A DNA stretch of 64,000 nucleotides from a virus: the IMG/VR virus record IMGVR_UViG_3300031788_000002, positions 64,001 through 128,000 of that record; one strand, given 5' to 3'. Under the pieces are notes generated by a model, which saw only the letters and a list, made by a program, of their open reading frames with translations, had not been told where the DNA came from and ran no database searches. Positions within the stretch are counted from its first letter, which is position 1; each line of letters starts with the position of its first letter. The translations under genes were made by a program, and so were the position numbers. Below, piece by piece: positions 1 to 9,504 of the stretch.

Positions 1-1
1 T

Positions 2-628
2 ATAGAACACCGCCGCGCAGGCATCCTCGTTGAAACGCGCAGTGTTCACAATGTTTGGACGTCGGTCGGTAAAGCGTACTTATCCCAATTGGTCGCTTTT
101 CAAGTCATCGATGACGCTATCGGTGACTTTCCGCAAGAAGACCATCGCATCAAATACTTTGGGGTGGGCATCGGCGGTAACGAAGCCTCTGGGATAGCGT
201 ACGAAACGGTGTTGGCCACAGCGTACCCACCAGGCGAAGATCCTGTCGGTACGGCAGGCAACGCGTACAACAAGATCAATCCTACGGGACCCTTGATCAC
301 CACGCTTGAACGCCCTGTGCGCTTCACGGGAAGTACGCAGCCGTATCCTAGTGCGCTCTCTTCCGATGTTTGGCTCTCAAACCCTCTTGTGGCGTACTAC
401 CGCGATATCAACTCGGTGACGTTTCGCACGACATTGGATGGATCGGCGGGCATCTTAGCGTACAGCCCCTTTACGATCCTTCCCATTTCTGAGGCAGGGC
501 TCTTCAACTCCGCGGCGTCCCCTAACTTACCGTACAACGCGGCGCTTGCTTACGTTAATTTCAACGCTCTCTTTTTCCAAAGTGACAGCGTGATCACGTT
601 TTCTTGGACCGTGAGGTTTGCATCGTGA
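2..628 (+). CDS. Tail/baseplate-associated structural protein, 5'-truncated; paralogue of the next gene
   Basis: The frame is open from base 2 (IEHRRAGILVETRSVHNVW...). It shares YFGVGIGG, LERPVR, ISEAGLF and SWT motifs with 625..1275. E(A/V)GLF resembles tail-collar/fibre N-terminal domains. Confidence 0.6.
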   Translation: MEHRRAGILVETRSVHNVWTSVGKAYLSQLVAFQVIDDAIGDFPQEDHRIKYFGVGIGGNEASGIAYETVLATAYPPGEDPVGTAGNAYNKINPTGPLITTLERPVRFTGSTQPYPSALSSDVWLSNPLVAYYRDINSVTFRTTLDGSAGILAYSPFTILPISEAGLFNSAASPNLPYNAALAYVNFNALFFQSDSVITFSWTVRFAS

Positions 629-1275
629 GATTCACGGAAGACATTGAAGTCAAACAGAACTTGCATCTCATCGCGCGGGAACGCGGAAAGATTGTCGCGC
701 GACGCGATGGGCACAATATCTTCGTGGATCTGGGCCGCGGGTGGCTGTCGCAGCTCATCGCGTATCAGTCCTATGCTCCCGATGTAGCCCAGCGCGATGA
801 CCGCGTGCGCTACATGGGGTTCGGTATTGGTGGGGTTCGCCAGCTTCAACTAACGACGGCCAACAGCTCGCCCATCGGAGGCCCTGGCGATCCGTACGCA
901 GCCAGCAGCGCTACAGGCATTGGGGCCAATAATCAAACCGACTTAAACCGTGCGGTTACGGCGCTCGAGCGCCCGGTGCGGGTGTCCGGGGGCTCCACCA
1001 GCTACCCCGGGGTGAGTGGCGATAAATGGCTGGGCGCTATCCAAGCCCCCGCGCAACATGCCAGCGGTGTGAGCACCACGTTTGCTCGGCTCTTTCTTCA
1101 AACGGAAGTCAGCTACTTACCGTTTGCGTCGGTTCCCTTGAGTGAGGTTGGGTTGTTCACGTCTGCTGCCGATTCAGGTTTCTACCTCAATACGCTCATT
1201 GCGTACGATACGTTTGATACGCTGAGCAAGACGACGGCGATCTCGCTCGAGGTCTCGTGGACGTTCAACTTTTAG
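625..1275 (+). CDS. Tail/baseplate-associated structural protein (paralogue of 2..628)
   Basis: Likely GTG start at 625 overlaps the upstream TGA, with GAGG upstream. Motifs YMGFGIGG, LERPVR, LSEVGLF. Confidence 0.6.
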   Translation: MRFTEDIEVKQNLHLIARERGKIVARRDGHNIFVDLGRGWLSQLIAYQSYAPDVAQRDDRVRYMGFGIGGVRQLQLTTANSSPIGGPGDPYAASSATGIGANNQTDLNRAVTALERPVRVSGGSTSYPGVSGDKWLGAIQAPAQHASGVSTTFARLFLQTEVSYLPFASVPLSEVGLFTSAADSGFYLNTLIAYDTFDTLSKTTAISLEVSWTFNF

Positions 1276-1284
1276 GAGTTTGCT

Positions 1285-3303
1285 ATGCCATTTATTCGCT
1301 TCAACGACCCCCTTTATAATCTGCAAGGCGGCGCGTATCCGGGAAGTATCGGTACCCAAAGCTACGCGCGCGCCAACGTAACCAACGGGGGAACAGGGGG
1401 CGGTGACGGGAGTGCAAACGCCGACAGTGCCAAGGTTGGAGGGCCCAACGCGGGTACCTACTTCGTGGCGTTTGGGGAAGACGCTACCAGCACGTTTACA
1501 AACCGCGGGCTGCGAGCGCTAACCCAGAATACGGACGCGATCGACAACATTCTTCGTGGAAGCCTTCCACGCGTTGAGCGGGATACAATTGTTGTTGGTA
1601 CGGCGACCGCAAACATCTCGCTCGGAGGTGATGTATTCGTAGGCCCTAGCGGTACCCTGAACACCCAGGACGCCATCAATCGTTTGGTTTATCTCGAAAA
1701 CAGCGACGGAAGCGTTTTGTGGGTCTCGGGGCAGATACCGCTTTGCTCCCTCATTCACAATGGTGCGGGTGTCAATGTTTTGGGCACCGCGGCCGATGGA
1801 TTCTACACCAACCCCACCCTGCGCTTTCCTGTTCTAATCCCTCCGGGGACGTACACACTTTTTGTTGGACGACGCACCAGTTACGCCAACTTGTTGGAAG
1901 CCCGCGCGGGCGATTGGGTTGCGGAGCACTTGCTGGGACGCGCGTACGACTCGAATCTGTGGAAGCACTTTAGCCATGGTCTCAACGAGAAGTATCGGAA
2001 GTCCACGGCGCGCACCGGCGGTGGTGCGGAGGACAACGACACGCCCGGGAGCGGGTCGACCATCTATCGTGATGGTCCTTCGGTTTCCATCATTGCGGAA
2101 AACCACGCCTGGGAAGCATCGCCGAGCGCCTTTGATGATCCGCTGCGCGCGCAGTTCACGACCGCGCCGTTGGCAGGGTGGTATCTGGGAAGCGCGGGCT
2201 ATACGAACTTCGACTACACGATTTCGGGGAGTACGGGCCATGTGCACATTACGACACGCCGTACGTCGGGTGGGGGCACAGAGCGCGGTCCTTCGATTCG
2301 TGATGTTGCCGCAACGTTGGTGGTCAATCCGGTTGATTTGGCCGCGAATGAAGTAGGTAGTGACCCATACTTTACGTATTTAGCCGTGCGGACGCCGGCA
2401 ACCCTTAACCCCGGCAGTACAGGGTCTAGCTACGTCGCTGTCAATGCACCCTACTACTTCTCCGAGAGCGGAAAGACAGGGATAGCTTTCGGCATTGATA
2501 TTCTTTTGGTTGAGCGCTTGGATGGCGCTGTGCTGACGCGCATGCCGTACCTGGTGTACAGCCTTCCTAATGCAGTCACCGCCGAATTGATGCCTCTTGG
2601 CGGGGATATGAATTCCCCGGTTCCGACGTTCGCCCCCAATACTTCTTGTTATGTGACGTGGCTTCAAGTGGTGGACGTTGTCGGGGGCGCCACGACGAAT
2701 CAGCCGCAGCTTGGGCCGATGCCTCAATCCGGCATGGCCTACGCGCCCTTTATGCATATCTCACCGGCGCGTAATCGAGCGGGTACTCCGGACAGCGGTA
2801 TGCAGGAACTGGCTTCTGGTTTCTACGGGTCTGCGCTGAACAATACCCCCGTCTTTGCTGTTGGTAGCTTTTACTACACGGGAAACCTGTCCCCGCAGTT
2901 CACCGTTTGCTCCAACGGCAACATCGCGAACAGCGGCATCATCACCAGCGCACTACGGGAACGAACAATCGCCGCGACGATGAGCACCACGATGACGTGG
3001 AACATCGATCTCTGGAACGGTCCTTCCAGCGTGCTCTTTGACGCAACAACCGTTGTAGGCATCACGGAGCTAACGATTACCACAGTGGGTGCAACAGCGA
3101 ACTGGGCACTGACTCCAGGCGACTCCTTTACTTTCTACATCAAGAGCAATGGCTCTGCTTTTACGCTGAATACACCAAGCAATTGGGTATTTAGTCGCGG
3201 CGACAACGTTATCGCGGATCTCCTCGGACTCGTCTACATGTTCGTCTGCCGTGTGGCACCAGATGGCATCGTGCGGATCACGCGTACAGACTTCGAAGGG
3301 TAA
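1285..3303 (+). CDS. Putative tail fibre/structural protein, 672 aa
   Basis: AGGAG RBS; G/T/S/N-rich beta-type composition; lies in the tail cluster. Confidence 0.55.
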   Translation: MPFIRFNDPLYNLQGGAYPGSIGTQSYARANVTNGGTGGGDGSANADSAKVGGPNAGTYFVAFGEDATSTFTNRGLRALTQNTDAIDNILRGSLPRVERDTIVVGTATANISLGGDVFVGPSGTLNTQDAINRLVYLENSDGSVLWVSGQIPLCSLIHNGAGVNVLGTAADGFYTNPTLRFPVLIPPGTYTLFVGRRTSYANLLEARAGDWVAEHLLGRAYDSNLWKHFSHGLNEKYRKSTARTGGGAEDNDTPGSGSTIYRDGPSVSIIAENHAWEASPSAFDDPLRAQFTTAPLAGWYLGSAGYTNFDYTISGSTGHVHITTRRTSGGGTERGPSIRDVAATLVVNPVDLAANEVGSDPYFTYLAVRTPATLNPGSTGSSYVAVNAPYYFSESGKTGIAFGIDILLVERLDGAVLTRMPYLVYSLPNAVTAELMPLGGDMNSPVPTFAPNTSCYVTWLQVVDVVGGATTNQPQLGPMPQSGMAYAPFMHISPARNRAGTPDSGMQELASGFYGSALNNTPVFAVGSFYYTGNLSPQFTVCSNGNIANSGIITSALRERTIAATMSTTMTWNIDLWNGPSSVLFDATTVVGITELTITTVGATANWALTPGDSFTFYIKSNGSAFTLNTPSNWVFSRGDNVIADLLGLVYMFVCRVAPDGIVRITRTDFEG

Positions 3304-3305
3304 CC

Positions 3306-4763
3306 ATGAGACAAGAGCTAGTTACATCGCGGCGATTCTCCCACGAGCCTTACATCATTGAAGCGACTTCTGTGAAGAGTATTGTAACGTGGAACCCTAG
3401 TACGCAGGGGGGCCACCTTCACGTCGTCTTCAACAGCATGCCCAACGGTCCTGTGTACGTGGCGCTCGACCCTGCGTTCAATCCCGTAGAAGGGGATCTT
3501 CTTCGCATCACGACGACGGCTGAGACGTTGGGGGGAAAGATTGCTTGGTTCGGTAGCGGCAGTACGCTCTTGACCACCTACGACAACTTCAACACGCCCG
3601 TGGAGCTCCAGTACAAGCGTACGAACACCATCGGTTCTTTTCAATGGCTGCGGGTTAACACCGTACCCAATGACCTCGATGCCGCCGCTACCTTAGCGTA
3701 CGCGTTACCCAGGGAATTTAAGCATAACGGGTATATGCCCGGAGGTACCTCAACGCTGACACGCATGAGCTACGCCAAGCGAGTAGCAAGCGGCGGAATA
3801 GCGTTAGGGTCCACGGACGCGAATGGATACGGAACGCTCTTCTACAGTGAAGCGAATAGCCCCCAGTCCCTCAACGTTCTTGAGGATGCGGCTACCTTTT
3901 CGGTGCTACGCGCGGCGTGGTCGGCGGGTACGGAGGGAAGTGATCTCGTAACCCTGGGGGATGCCTCGGAACTTGGCGCACCAGGACCTATCTCAATTAT
4001 TTACAACACGAGCGCGGGTACATCGACGAACGTCACCGTCTCCGGAGGGTTTACCCGACATGTGTGCCCACCGTATCTAGGCCCGTCGGGGATTGTTATT
4101 GTTGCCGGGCGCGCTCTTGGCGGTGAAGTGACCTTTTACAACTCGAGCTCGTACGGGTACGCGTGGGGTAGTCAGGGCACAGTTACTGGCCCTGTTTATT
4201 GCGTGTACGCCGCCAATGGCTTCGTTTATTATGGGGGTGCTGGCGGTGTGTGGCGTGCTCCCTGGGACGTGAACACATGGACGCAGGTACTTACGCTCGG
4301 CGATCCGGGTGCACCGTGCACGGGGCTTGGTCCCGTTCCTGGTAATCCGGCAGGTGTGATGGCTTCGGGTGAAGGACAGGTGCTTGTCTCTCAGAGTTAC
4401 GGCGACGTCAGCACGTGGATTCCTGGCTTTGGGCAGCAGCTCTCAAATATCTTGTGGACGGGCACTGAGCTCATTGGGATCTCCGGTAATGTTTTGTATT
4501 GGAGCCGGGACCCTGAACTGCTGGACTTCAAGCGCGGCGGCGGGGGGCTTTACACGAGCCTTGGGATGCCTAGCGCAATGCCGGGTTATGACGGCTTTGT
4601 CGCCGACGCTTCCTATACATTCGATTTTCAAATGGGTCCCGATGGCGCGTACCTCATTCTTCCGGGGTCGTCTTACATGCTAAGGGACACGAGCCCGCTC
4701 ATTCCCGCGCTTTTACGTTTCTTCCCCTTGCCTTCCCTGTTCTTGTCTAAGATAACGTCATGA
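3306..4763 (+). CDS. Putative tail/receptor-binding protein with beta-propeller-like C-terminal part, 485 aa
   Basis: Gly/aromatic-rich blade-like segments (GGVWRAPWDVNTWTQV, VLYWSRD); tail cluster context. Confidence 0.45.
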   Translation: MRQELVTSRRFSHEPYIIEATSVKSIVTWNPSTQGGHLHVVFNSMPNGPVYVALDPAFNPVEGDLLRITTTAETLGGKIAWFGSGSTLLTTYDNFNTPVELQYKRTNTIGSFQWLRVNTVPNDLDAAATLAYALPREFKHNGYMPGGTSTLTRMSYAKRVASGGIALGSTDANGYGTLFYSEANSPQSLNVLEDAATFSVLRAAWSAGTEGSDLVTLGDASELGAPGPISIIYNTSAGTSTNVTVSGGFTRHVCPPYLGPSGIVIVAGRALGGEVTFYNSSSYGYAWGSQGTVTGPVYCVYAANGFVYYGGAGGVWRAPWDVNTWTQVLTLGDPGAPCTGLGPVPGNPAGVMASGEGQVLVSQSYGDVSTWIPGFGQQLSNILWTGTELIGISGNVLYWSRDPELLDFKRGGGGLYTSLGMPSAMPGYDGFVADASYTFDFQMGPDGAYLILPGSSYMLRDTSPLIPALLRFFPLPSLFLSKITS

Positions 4764-5131
4764 CCGACGTTCACCCTTTTGGTCTCATGCTTTTGGCCGT
4801 GGTCATCTCGTCGGCGGTGGACGCCACGAAGGTGGTCGTTCGTTCTCTCGTACCTTCGTTTACGCCGAAGAAAACGTTGTGCGGGGCAACGAAGACGTTC
4901 ACGGTTATGTACTGCAGCACCCTTGCTCGTTTTTACAATGAGCTTGTGCTGCACGTACTTCCTTACGGGTGGGCGGCGGTGTTGGCCCTGATCCCGGAGC
5001 CGTTCACGTTTGGGCCTATGACGACGTATGCAGGGCGGCTCTTTCTGGCTTTCTTCGCCGCAACGTTTGCGGCGCTGATCTATCGCGCCTCGCGCAAGAT
5101 GCTGACGCAGGTGCTTCTCTCCCGTGTCTAA
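4760..5131 (+). CDS. Small membrane protein, holin-like
   Basis: 123 aa with about three hydrophobic segments and a basic C-terminus; ATGA overlap with the upstream gene. Confidence 0.45.
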   Translation: MTDVHPFGLMLLAVVISSAVDATKVVVRSLVPSFTPKKTLCGATKTFTVMYCSTLARFYNELVLHVLPYGWAAVLALIPEPFTFGPMTTYAGRLFLAFFAATFAALIYRASRKMLTQVLLSRV

Positions 5132-5164
5132 CGGATGCAGCCTACCTTCTGGTAGGCTCGTGCG

Positions 5165-6004
5165 GTGCCTTCGGACAACTCGTTTCTTCGCATAGCGTCC
5201 CCCGAGGGCATGGTGCTCGCTTCGGCGGTTTTGCGCGAAGCACCCCAGCCTTTCTCTGGAAGAGCGCTCGAGCAGCTTTACGTGGAGCCGGCGTATCGCG
5301 GGCAGGGATTTGCGCGGGCATTGATCCAAGAGGCCAAGCTGGCCGCTGAGGGACCCTTGTACATCAAGCCGCGTCCCTTTGGAGATATGCCCGCGAGCAT
5401 CGAGGCGCTGCGCCAATTCTACACAAAGGAGGGCTTCGTTCCGGTGGACAACCGCGATACGCTGGTGTTCGTGCCCTCGTTTCAGAAGAGCGCGGCGAAC
5501 GAGGAGAGCAGCTACCAAGGAAAACCTTCAAGCCCGAACACCGTTAAATTCACGGTCGACTTTCAGGGCTTCAAGGTGCGCGTGGACCGACCCAAGGGCT
5601 TTGTCATGGTGGGCAAAGACGCGAAGGGCACGCCTTGGAAGCGCACCTACCAGTACGACTACGGTTTCTTCCCGAAGACCGAAGGAGGCGACGGGGATGA
5701 GCTCGATGTTTTTCTGGGTCCTAACAAGAACGCGCCGGACGCGTATTGGGCGACGCAGACAAAGCCCGATGGAACCTTTGATGAGTACAAGGTGTTTCTT
5801 GGCTTTGATAGTGTAGCGCAGGCCAAGGCCGCGTACGTAGCGCACATTCCGAAGGATCGGTTGCAAAGCATGGCGACGATGTCCCTTGGGATGATGCAAG
5901 CTTTGCTAGGCTCGCCTCCGAAAGAAGACGTCGAGAAGACGTCTATGTGGAACGCTTTCTACGACGAGCTGATCCAAATCCACGCTGTTAACCCCGTGCG
6001 TTAG
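5165..6004 (+). CDS. GNAT acetyltransferase fused to an inorganic-pyrophosphatase-like domain
   Basis: GNAT motif A LYVEPAYRGQGFARALI and LRQFYTKEGF; PPase-like YDYGFFPKTEGGDGDELDVFLG and DEYKVFLGF. Confidence 0.75.
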   Translation: MPSDNSFLRIASPEGMVLASAVLREAPQPFSGRALEQLYVEPAYRGQGFARALIQEAKLAAEGPLYIKPRPFGDMPASIEALRQFYTKEGFVPVDNRDTLVFVPSFQKSAANEESSYQGKPSSPNTVKFTVDFQGFKVRVDRPKGFVMVGKDAKGTPWKRTYQYDYGFFPKTEGGDGDELDVFLGPNKNAPDAYWATQTKPDGTFDEYKVFLGFDSVAQAKAAYVAHIPKDRLQSMATMSLGMMQALLGSPPKEDVEKTSMWNAFYDELIQIHAVNPVR

Positions 6005-6018
6005 AATAGGAGCCTAGA

Positions 6019-6951
6019 ATGCTGAAGCGTGTCTTTAACCATCATATTGGGCGCTTTGTTACCTTTGGTCGGCGCACGCCGACGATCGTTCAGCCGCATT
6101 ACCGGCTGAGCCGTTACATGACTACGGAGCCGACGCCGCCGGCTTCAGTGTCTTATGCCCCCGCGGCGGGACCGGCCCTCAGCGACGTGTACTGCAACAA
6201 TACGCTCGGTTGTTGCGTCATCGCATCGGGTTACCACATCGAAGGCGTGGCCACGGGCAATGCGGGCAATCTGTTTGTCGCCTCCGACGCTCAGATCGTT
6301 ACCGATTACGCGCACATCGGGGGCTACGTCCCTGGAAACCCCGCGACGGACAACGGTTGCGAGATTCAGACGGCTTTGGCGTACTGGCAGGCGAAGGGGT
6401 TTGCCAATGGAACGAAACTCCTCGGCTACATTTCGGCCAACGCCACCAACAAGCTCGAGCTGATGCTCGGCATGTACCTGTTCGAGAATTGCGACTTTGG
6501 GGTGGCGCTCCCCGACGCGTACATCAACCCCTTTCCGAGCGGCAACGGCTTCGTGTGGGATGTGGCCGGTGCCACCGATCCTCAAAACGGGCATTCCTTC
6601 TGCAGTATCGGCTACGGGCCCAGCGGGGCACTCATCGATACCTGGGGGCTTCAAGGTACGTTCACGTGGAACGCCATTGCGCAGTACGCCATTCTTAACA
6701 GTGGCGGCGAGGTGTGGTTCCTGCTGACGCCCGATATCATCAACAAGGCGATGGCCAAGGCGCCGTGCGGATTCAACCTGAACCAGCTCATCTCGGACTT
6801 CGATGGCCTTGGGGGCAGCGTGGTGGTGCCCCCCGCGCCGACGCCCGTACCCCCGCCGGTTCCCCACCCGAGCATCACCCTGGCCCAGGCGCAGCAGGCA
6901 GCTTCGGCGGGAGCGATGGCAGGGCTGAAGACCATCTGGCCGAGTAGCTAG
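6019..6951 (+). CDS. Papain-like (C1-type) cysteine peptidase
   Basis: NNTLGCCVIA (catalytic Cys region), GHSFCSIGY (His), DTWG (NSWG-like); Pro-rich C-terminal linker. Confidence 0.6.
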   Translation: MLKRVFNHHIGRFVTFGRRTPTIVQPHYRLSRYMTTEPTPPASVSYAPAAGPALSDVYCNNTLGCCVIASGYHIEGVATGNAGNLFVASDAQIVTDYAHIGGYVPGNPATDNGCEIQTALAYWQAKGFANGTKLLGYISANATNKLELMLGMYLFENCDFGVALPDAYINPFPSGNGFVWDVAGATDPQNGHSFCSIGYGPSGALIDTWGLQGTFTWNAIAQYAILNSGGEVWFLLTPDIINKAMAKAPCGFNLNQLISDFDGLGGSVVVPPAPTPVPPPVPHPSITLAQAQQAASAGAMAGLKTIWPSS

Positions 6952-6965
6952 AGAAGAGGGCACGC

Positions 6966-7214
6966 GTGGCCAAGATCACCATCAGTCGTACGCTCAGCGC
7001 GCTGACGGACTCGGTTACGGCGGTTCAGGGGAACTCCAGTACCCCCTGGCTGACGTCGAGTCCGCTCGTGCCCGTGAACTACGACGCGATGGCTCTTGGC
7101 TACGATACCAGTGGCAACATCACGTCGGTGGCTTATTCCCTAGGGGGTACTGTCCTTGCGACATTGACGCTGACGTACACCAATGGGAATTTGACAGCGG
7201 TCGCGAGAACCTGA
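6966..7214 (+). CDS. Small virion structural protein
   Basis: C-terminal YDTSGNIT...TLTLTYTNGNLT module resembles the C-terminus of 10184..10675. Confidence 0.5.
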   Translation: MAKITISRTLSALTDSVTAVQGNSSTPWLTSSPLVPVNYDAMALGYDTSGNITSVAYSLGGTVLATLTLTYTNGNLTAVART

Positions 7215-7642
7215 TGGCGGCCATCGCCTTCAACCCATTCACGGGGACCTTCGACTTCGTGGGGGGCGTGCCCTCCACGAACGCGGTGCTTTCAAAGGCC
7301 GGGGAGTTTCAAGCAACGGCCGACGTAGCCGCGGGACTGCTTGTGTACGTGACCCCCGCGGGAATCGTAGAGGTAGCGGATAACGTCAGCTTAGCCACAG
7401 CTCCTGCGAGCGCTTGGGTGGTGGCGCTGCCCTCGGCGTTGATCGTAACCCTGGCATACTTCGGCCGTGTGGACGGGTTTTCGGGGTTGACGCCGGGCAC
7501 AACACTGTACCTAGGTCGTGCCGGGCGTGCTGTAACCGCGCCGCTACTAAGTCTGCCTTCGGGTTCGATAGTTCAAGCAATTGGTATGGTACTAACGCCG
7601 AGCTCGGTGTTGTTTCAACCCCAGCCCCTCGTGGAGATGTAG
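7214..7642 (+). CDS. Capsid decoration/cement-like protein
   Basis: GLTPGTTLYL...IVQAIG pattern, homologous to the C-terminal domain of 7981..9492. Confidence 0.45.
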   Translation: MAAIAFNPFTGTFDFVGGVPSTNAVLSKAGEFQATADVAAGLLVYVTPAGIVEVADNVSLATAPASAWVVALPSALIVTLAYFGRVDGFSGLTPGTTLYLGRAGRAVTAPLLSLPSGSIVQAIGMVLTPSSVLFQPQPLVEM

Positions 7643-7984
7643 ATGGCCCCTAAAAAGTATCGCGTAACGGAGCTGGCTCAGCCTTTTGTTCGCGAAGGCA
7701 CCTTCAGCTTTCGCGTGCGCTACGCCCAGAAGAATGCGGATGGAACCATGACCATCTGCGCCCTAGGATCAGCACCGGTCTTCCACGTACCTGTTGGGGG
7801 TGTTGTGCAAACGGAGAATCCTGTTGCACAACAGATGCTTCAGAACATGCACGCCCCCCAAAGCAGTCGGCGCAATGGGCAACGGCATCCCGAGGGTTTA
7901 CTTTTTCTTGATGTCACTGCGGATGCCCCGCCAGTGAACGTTGATATGGACGTGTCGTTCGCTCAGCAAGGATCTGCGCAATGA
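7643..7984 (+). CDS. Hypothetical protein, 113 aa
   Basis: Tightly packed ORF in the operon. Confidence 0.5.
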   Translation: MAPKKYRVTELAQPFVREGTFSFRVRYAQKNADGTMTICALGSAPVFHVPVGGVVQTENPVAQQMLQNMHAPQSSRRNGQRHPEGLLFLDVTADAPPVNVDMDVSFAQQGSAQ

Positions 7985-9492
7985 GTAGTTTCATCCCGAT
8001 CAAGCTTAATCCTGTCACCGGTAACCTCGCTCAATTTGCGCTGGCTGACGCGGCAGATTTAACGTCCATTACGCGCCGAGGTGCGAGCGGAAACCTGACC
8101 ATCGGTGGCAACATCGGCGCGTCCGATAAGCTTCAACTGGGTTCCGCCGCCGGCACCGTTGAAATTCTTGGCGCCTTTCTCGTAGATGGCTCGAGCACGG
8201 TGTCCGTCAATGAGACGGTTACGGGGAACTTCACGGTTGATGGCACGGTCAACCTTGGAAATAACGCCGGGCACACCATCAACTTGGGCGGAGGTACCGC
8301 CGATACCATCGCGCAGAACGCCACCGTAGCCCCCGGCGCGGGATTGGTGAGTATTGGCTCCAGCGTTTCACAATACGAGTTGGCGCTGTGGCTGAAGTCG
8401 GTGGGGGGCGCATCGAGTGGCAACCCAGGGCTGGCCGCGTACAACTTGCAAGCTTCCGGTACCAACGCCGGTGCCTACGCAATCGGTGTGGACCGTACGC
8501 GGATTAGTCAAGCGCAAACCACCAGTACGGATCTGATGGATGCCCTGGCGGACATGAGCGCGTCCATCAGTTCTGCGGGTACCCCAACACTTCAGAACGT
8601 GTACGGCAACGGGCAGTCCATTGCAGTGACGTCGGGGCACGGGTCCATCGCGTTCTCGAACAATACAAACTCCGACACCACGCCCGTTCTTACCCTTTCG
8701 AAGGCGCCCACGTCTGCGTCCACCGGCGGCGACGCCTTTGACATCACGGTCGGCGTGAATTCGACGGGCAATGTGTTGGTCATCAACAACGCGGGCTCGG
8801 GCAATGCGCTCGACGCGCAAAAAGCGGGGGTCTCGGTTTTCAAGGTCACCGGCGCAGGGGGTATCACTGGAGCCGGCGCTTCCGGGGCCCCGGTGGCCTT
8901 GGGCGCTACCGCGGCCAGCGCCACCCTTTCGACGACGACGTCGGGCAACGTCGTGTTGAGCTCCGCGGCCGAGATCAGTTTGACCGACAGTGGTTTGACG
9001 CTAACCCTGTCCCAGTCCAGCGCCCGCGCATTGGTGGAAACCGGTACCAACCAGGTGTTCAGCGGCGTGACCAGTCTTTTGGGGGGCCTCAACGCGTTGG
9101 CCACCAAAGCTGACACCCAGGGCAACATTCAATCCTTTGTTGTTTCAAGCGGCTACACCACGGCGGTGGGCGACGTCGTCGCATTGAATTCCTCGTCTCA
9201 GCTGGTGAAGTCGACGGCGGCCGGGGCGGCCAACGTGGACAATCTGGGGTGCGCGCTCGACGTCGTCGTGGGGAACGGCACCCTGACGTGCCGCGTGGCC
9301 ATGTTGGGCGCCAAGGTGACGGTGGCAGGGCAGACGTGGACGCCGGGCGGTGCTCTCTTCGCGCCGGTGGGCACGGGGGGTCCGCCTACCCAAGCCGCGT
9401 CGAGCACCACGGGAGACTTGGTTCAGCGCGTAGGGTGGGCGGCGACGGCGACAACGTTCTACTGGGATCCCGCCGTGGGCGTGGTTCTCTGA
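7981..9492 (+). CDS. Fibre protein with C-terminal decoration-like domain (possible head fibre), 503 aa
   Basis: G/A/S/T/N-rich shaft; N-terminus shared with 10184..10675; C-terminus shared with 7214..7642. Confidence 0.55.
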   Translation: MSSFIPIKLNPVTGNLAQFALADAADLTSITRRGASGNLTIGGNIGASDKLQLGSAAGTVEILGAFLVDGSSTVSVNETVTGNFTVDGTVNLGNNAGHTINLGGGTADTIAQNATVAPGAGLVSIGSSVSQYELALWLKSVGGASSGNPGLAAYNLQASGTNAGAYAIGVDRTRISQAQTTSTDLMDALADMSASISSAGTPTLQNVYGNGQSIAVTSGHGSIAFSNNTNSDTTPVLTLSKAPTSASTGGDAFDITVGVNSTGNVLVINNAGSGNALDAQKAGVSVFKVTGAGGITGAGASGAPVALGATAASATLSTTTSGNVVLSSAAEISLTDSGLTLTLSQSSARALVETGTNQVFSGVTSLLGGLNALATKADTQGNIQSFVVSSGYTTAVGDVVALNSSSQLVKSTAAGAANVDNLGCALDVVVGNGTLTCRVAMLGAKVTVAGQTWTPGGALFAPVGTGGPPTQAASSTTGDLVQRVGWAATATTFYWDPAVGVVL

Positions 9493-9504
9493 TAAAGACG
9501 GAGT

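Noticed and set aside
5139-5158. Hairpin AGCCTACC-TTCT-GGTAGGCT as a terminator
   Set aside because: There is no U-tract, and it overlaps a candidate -10 box, so its role is ambiguous.
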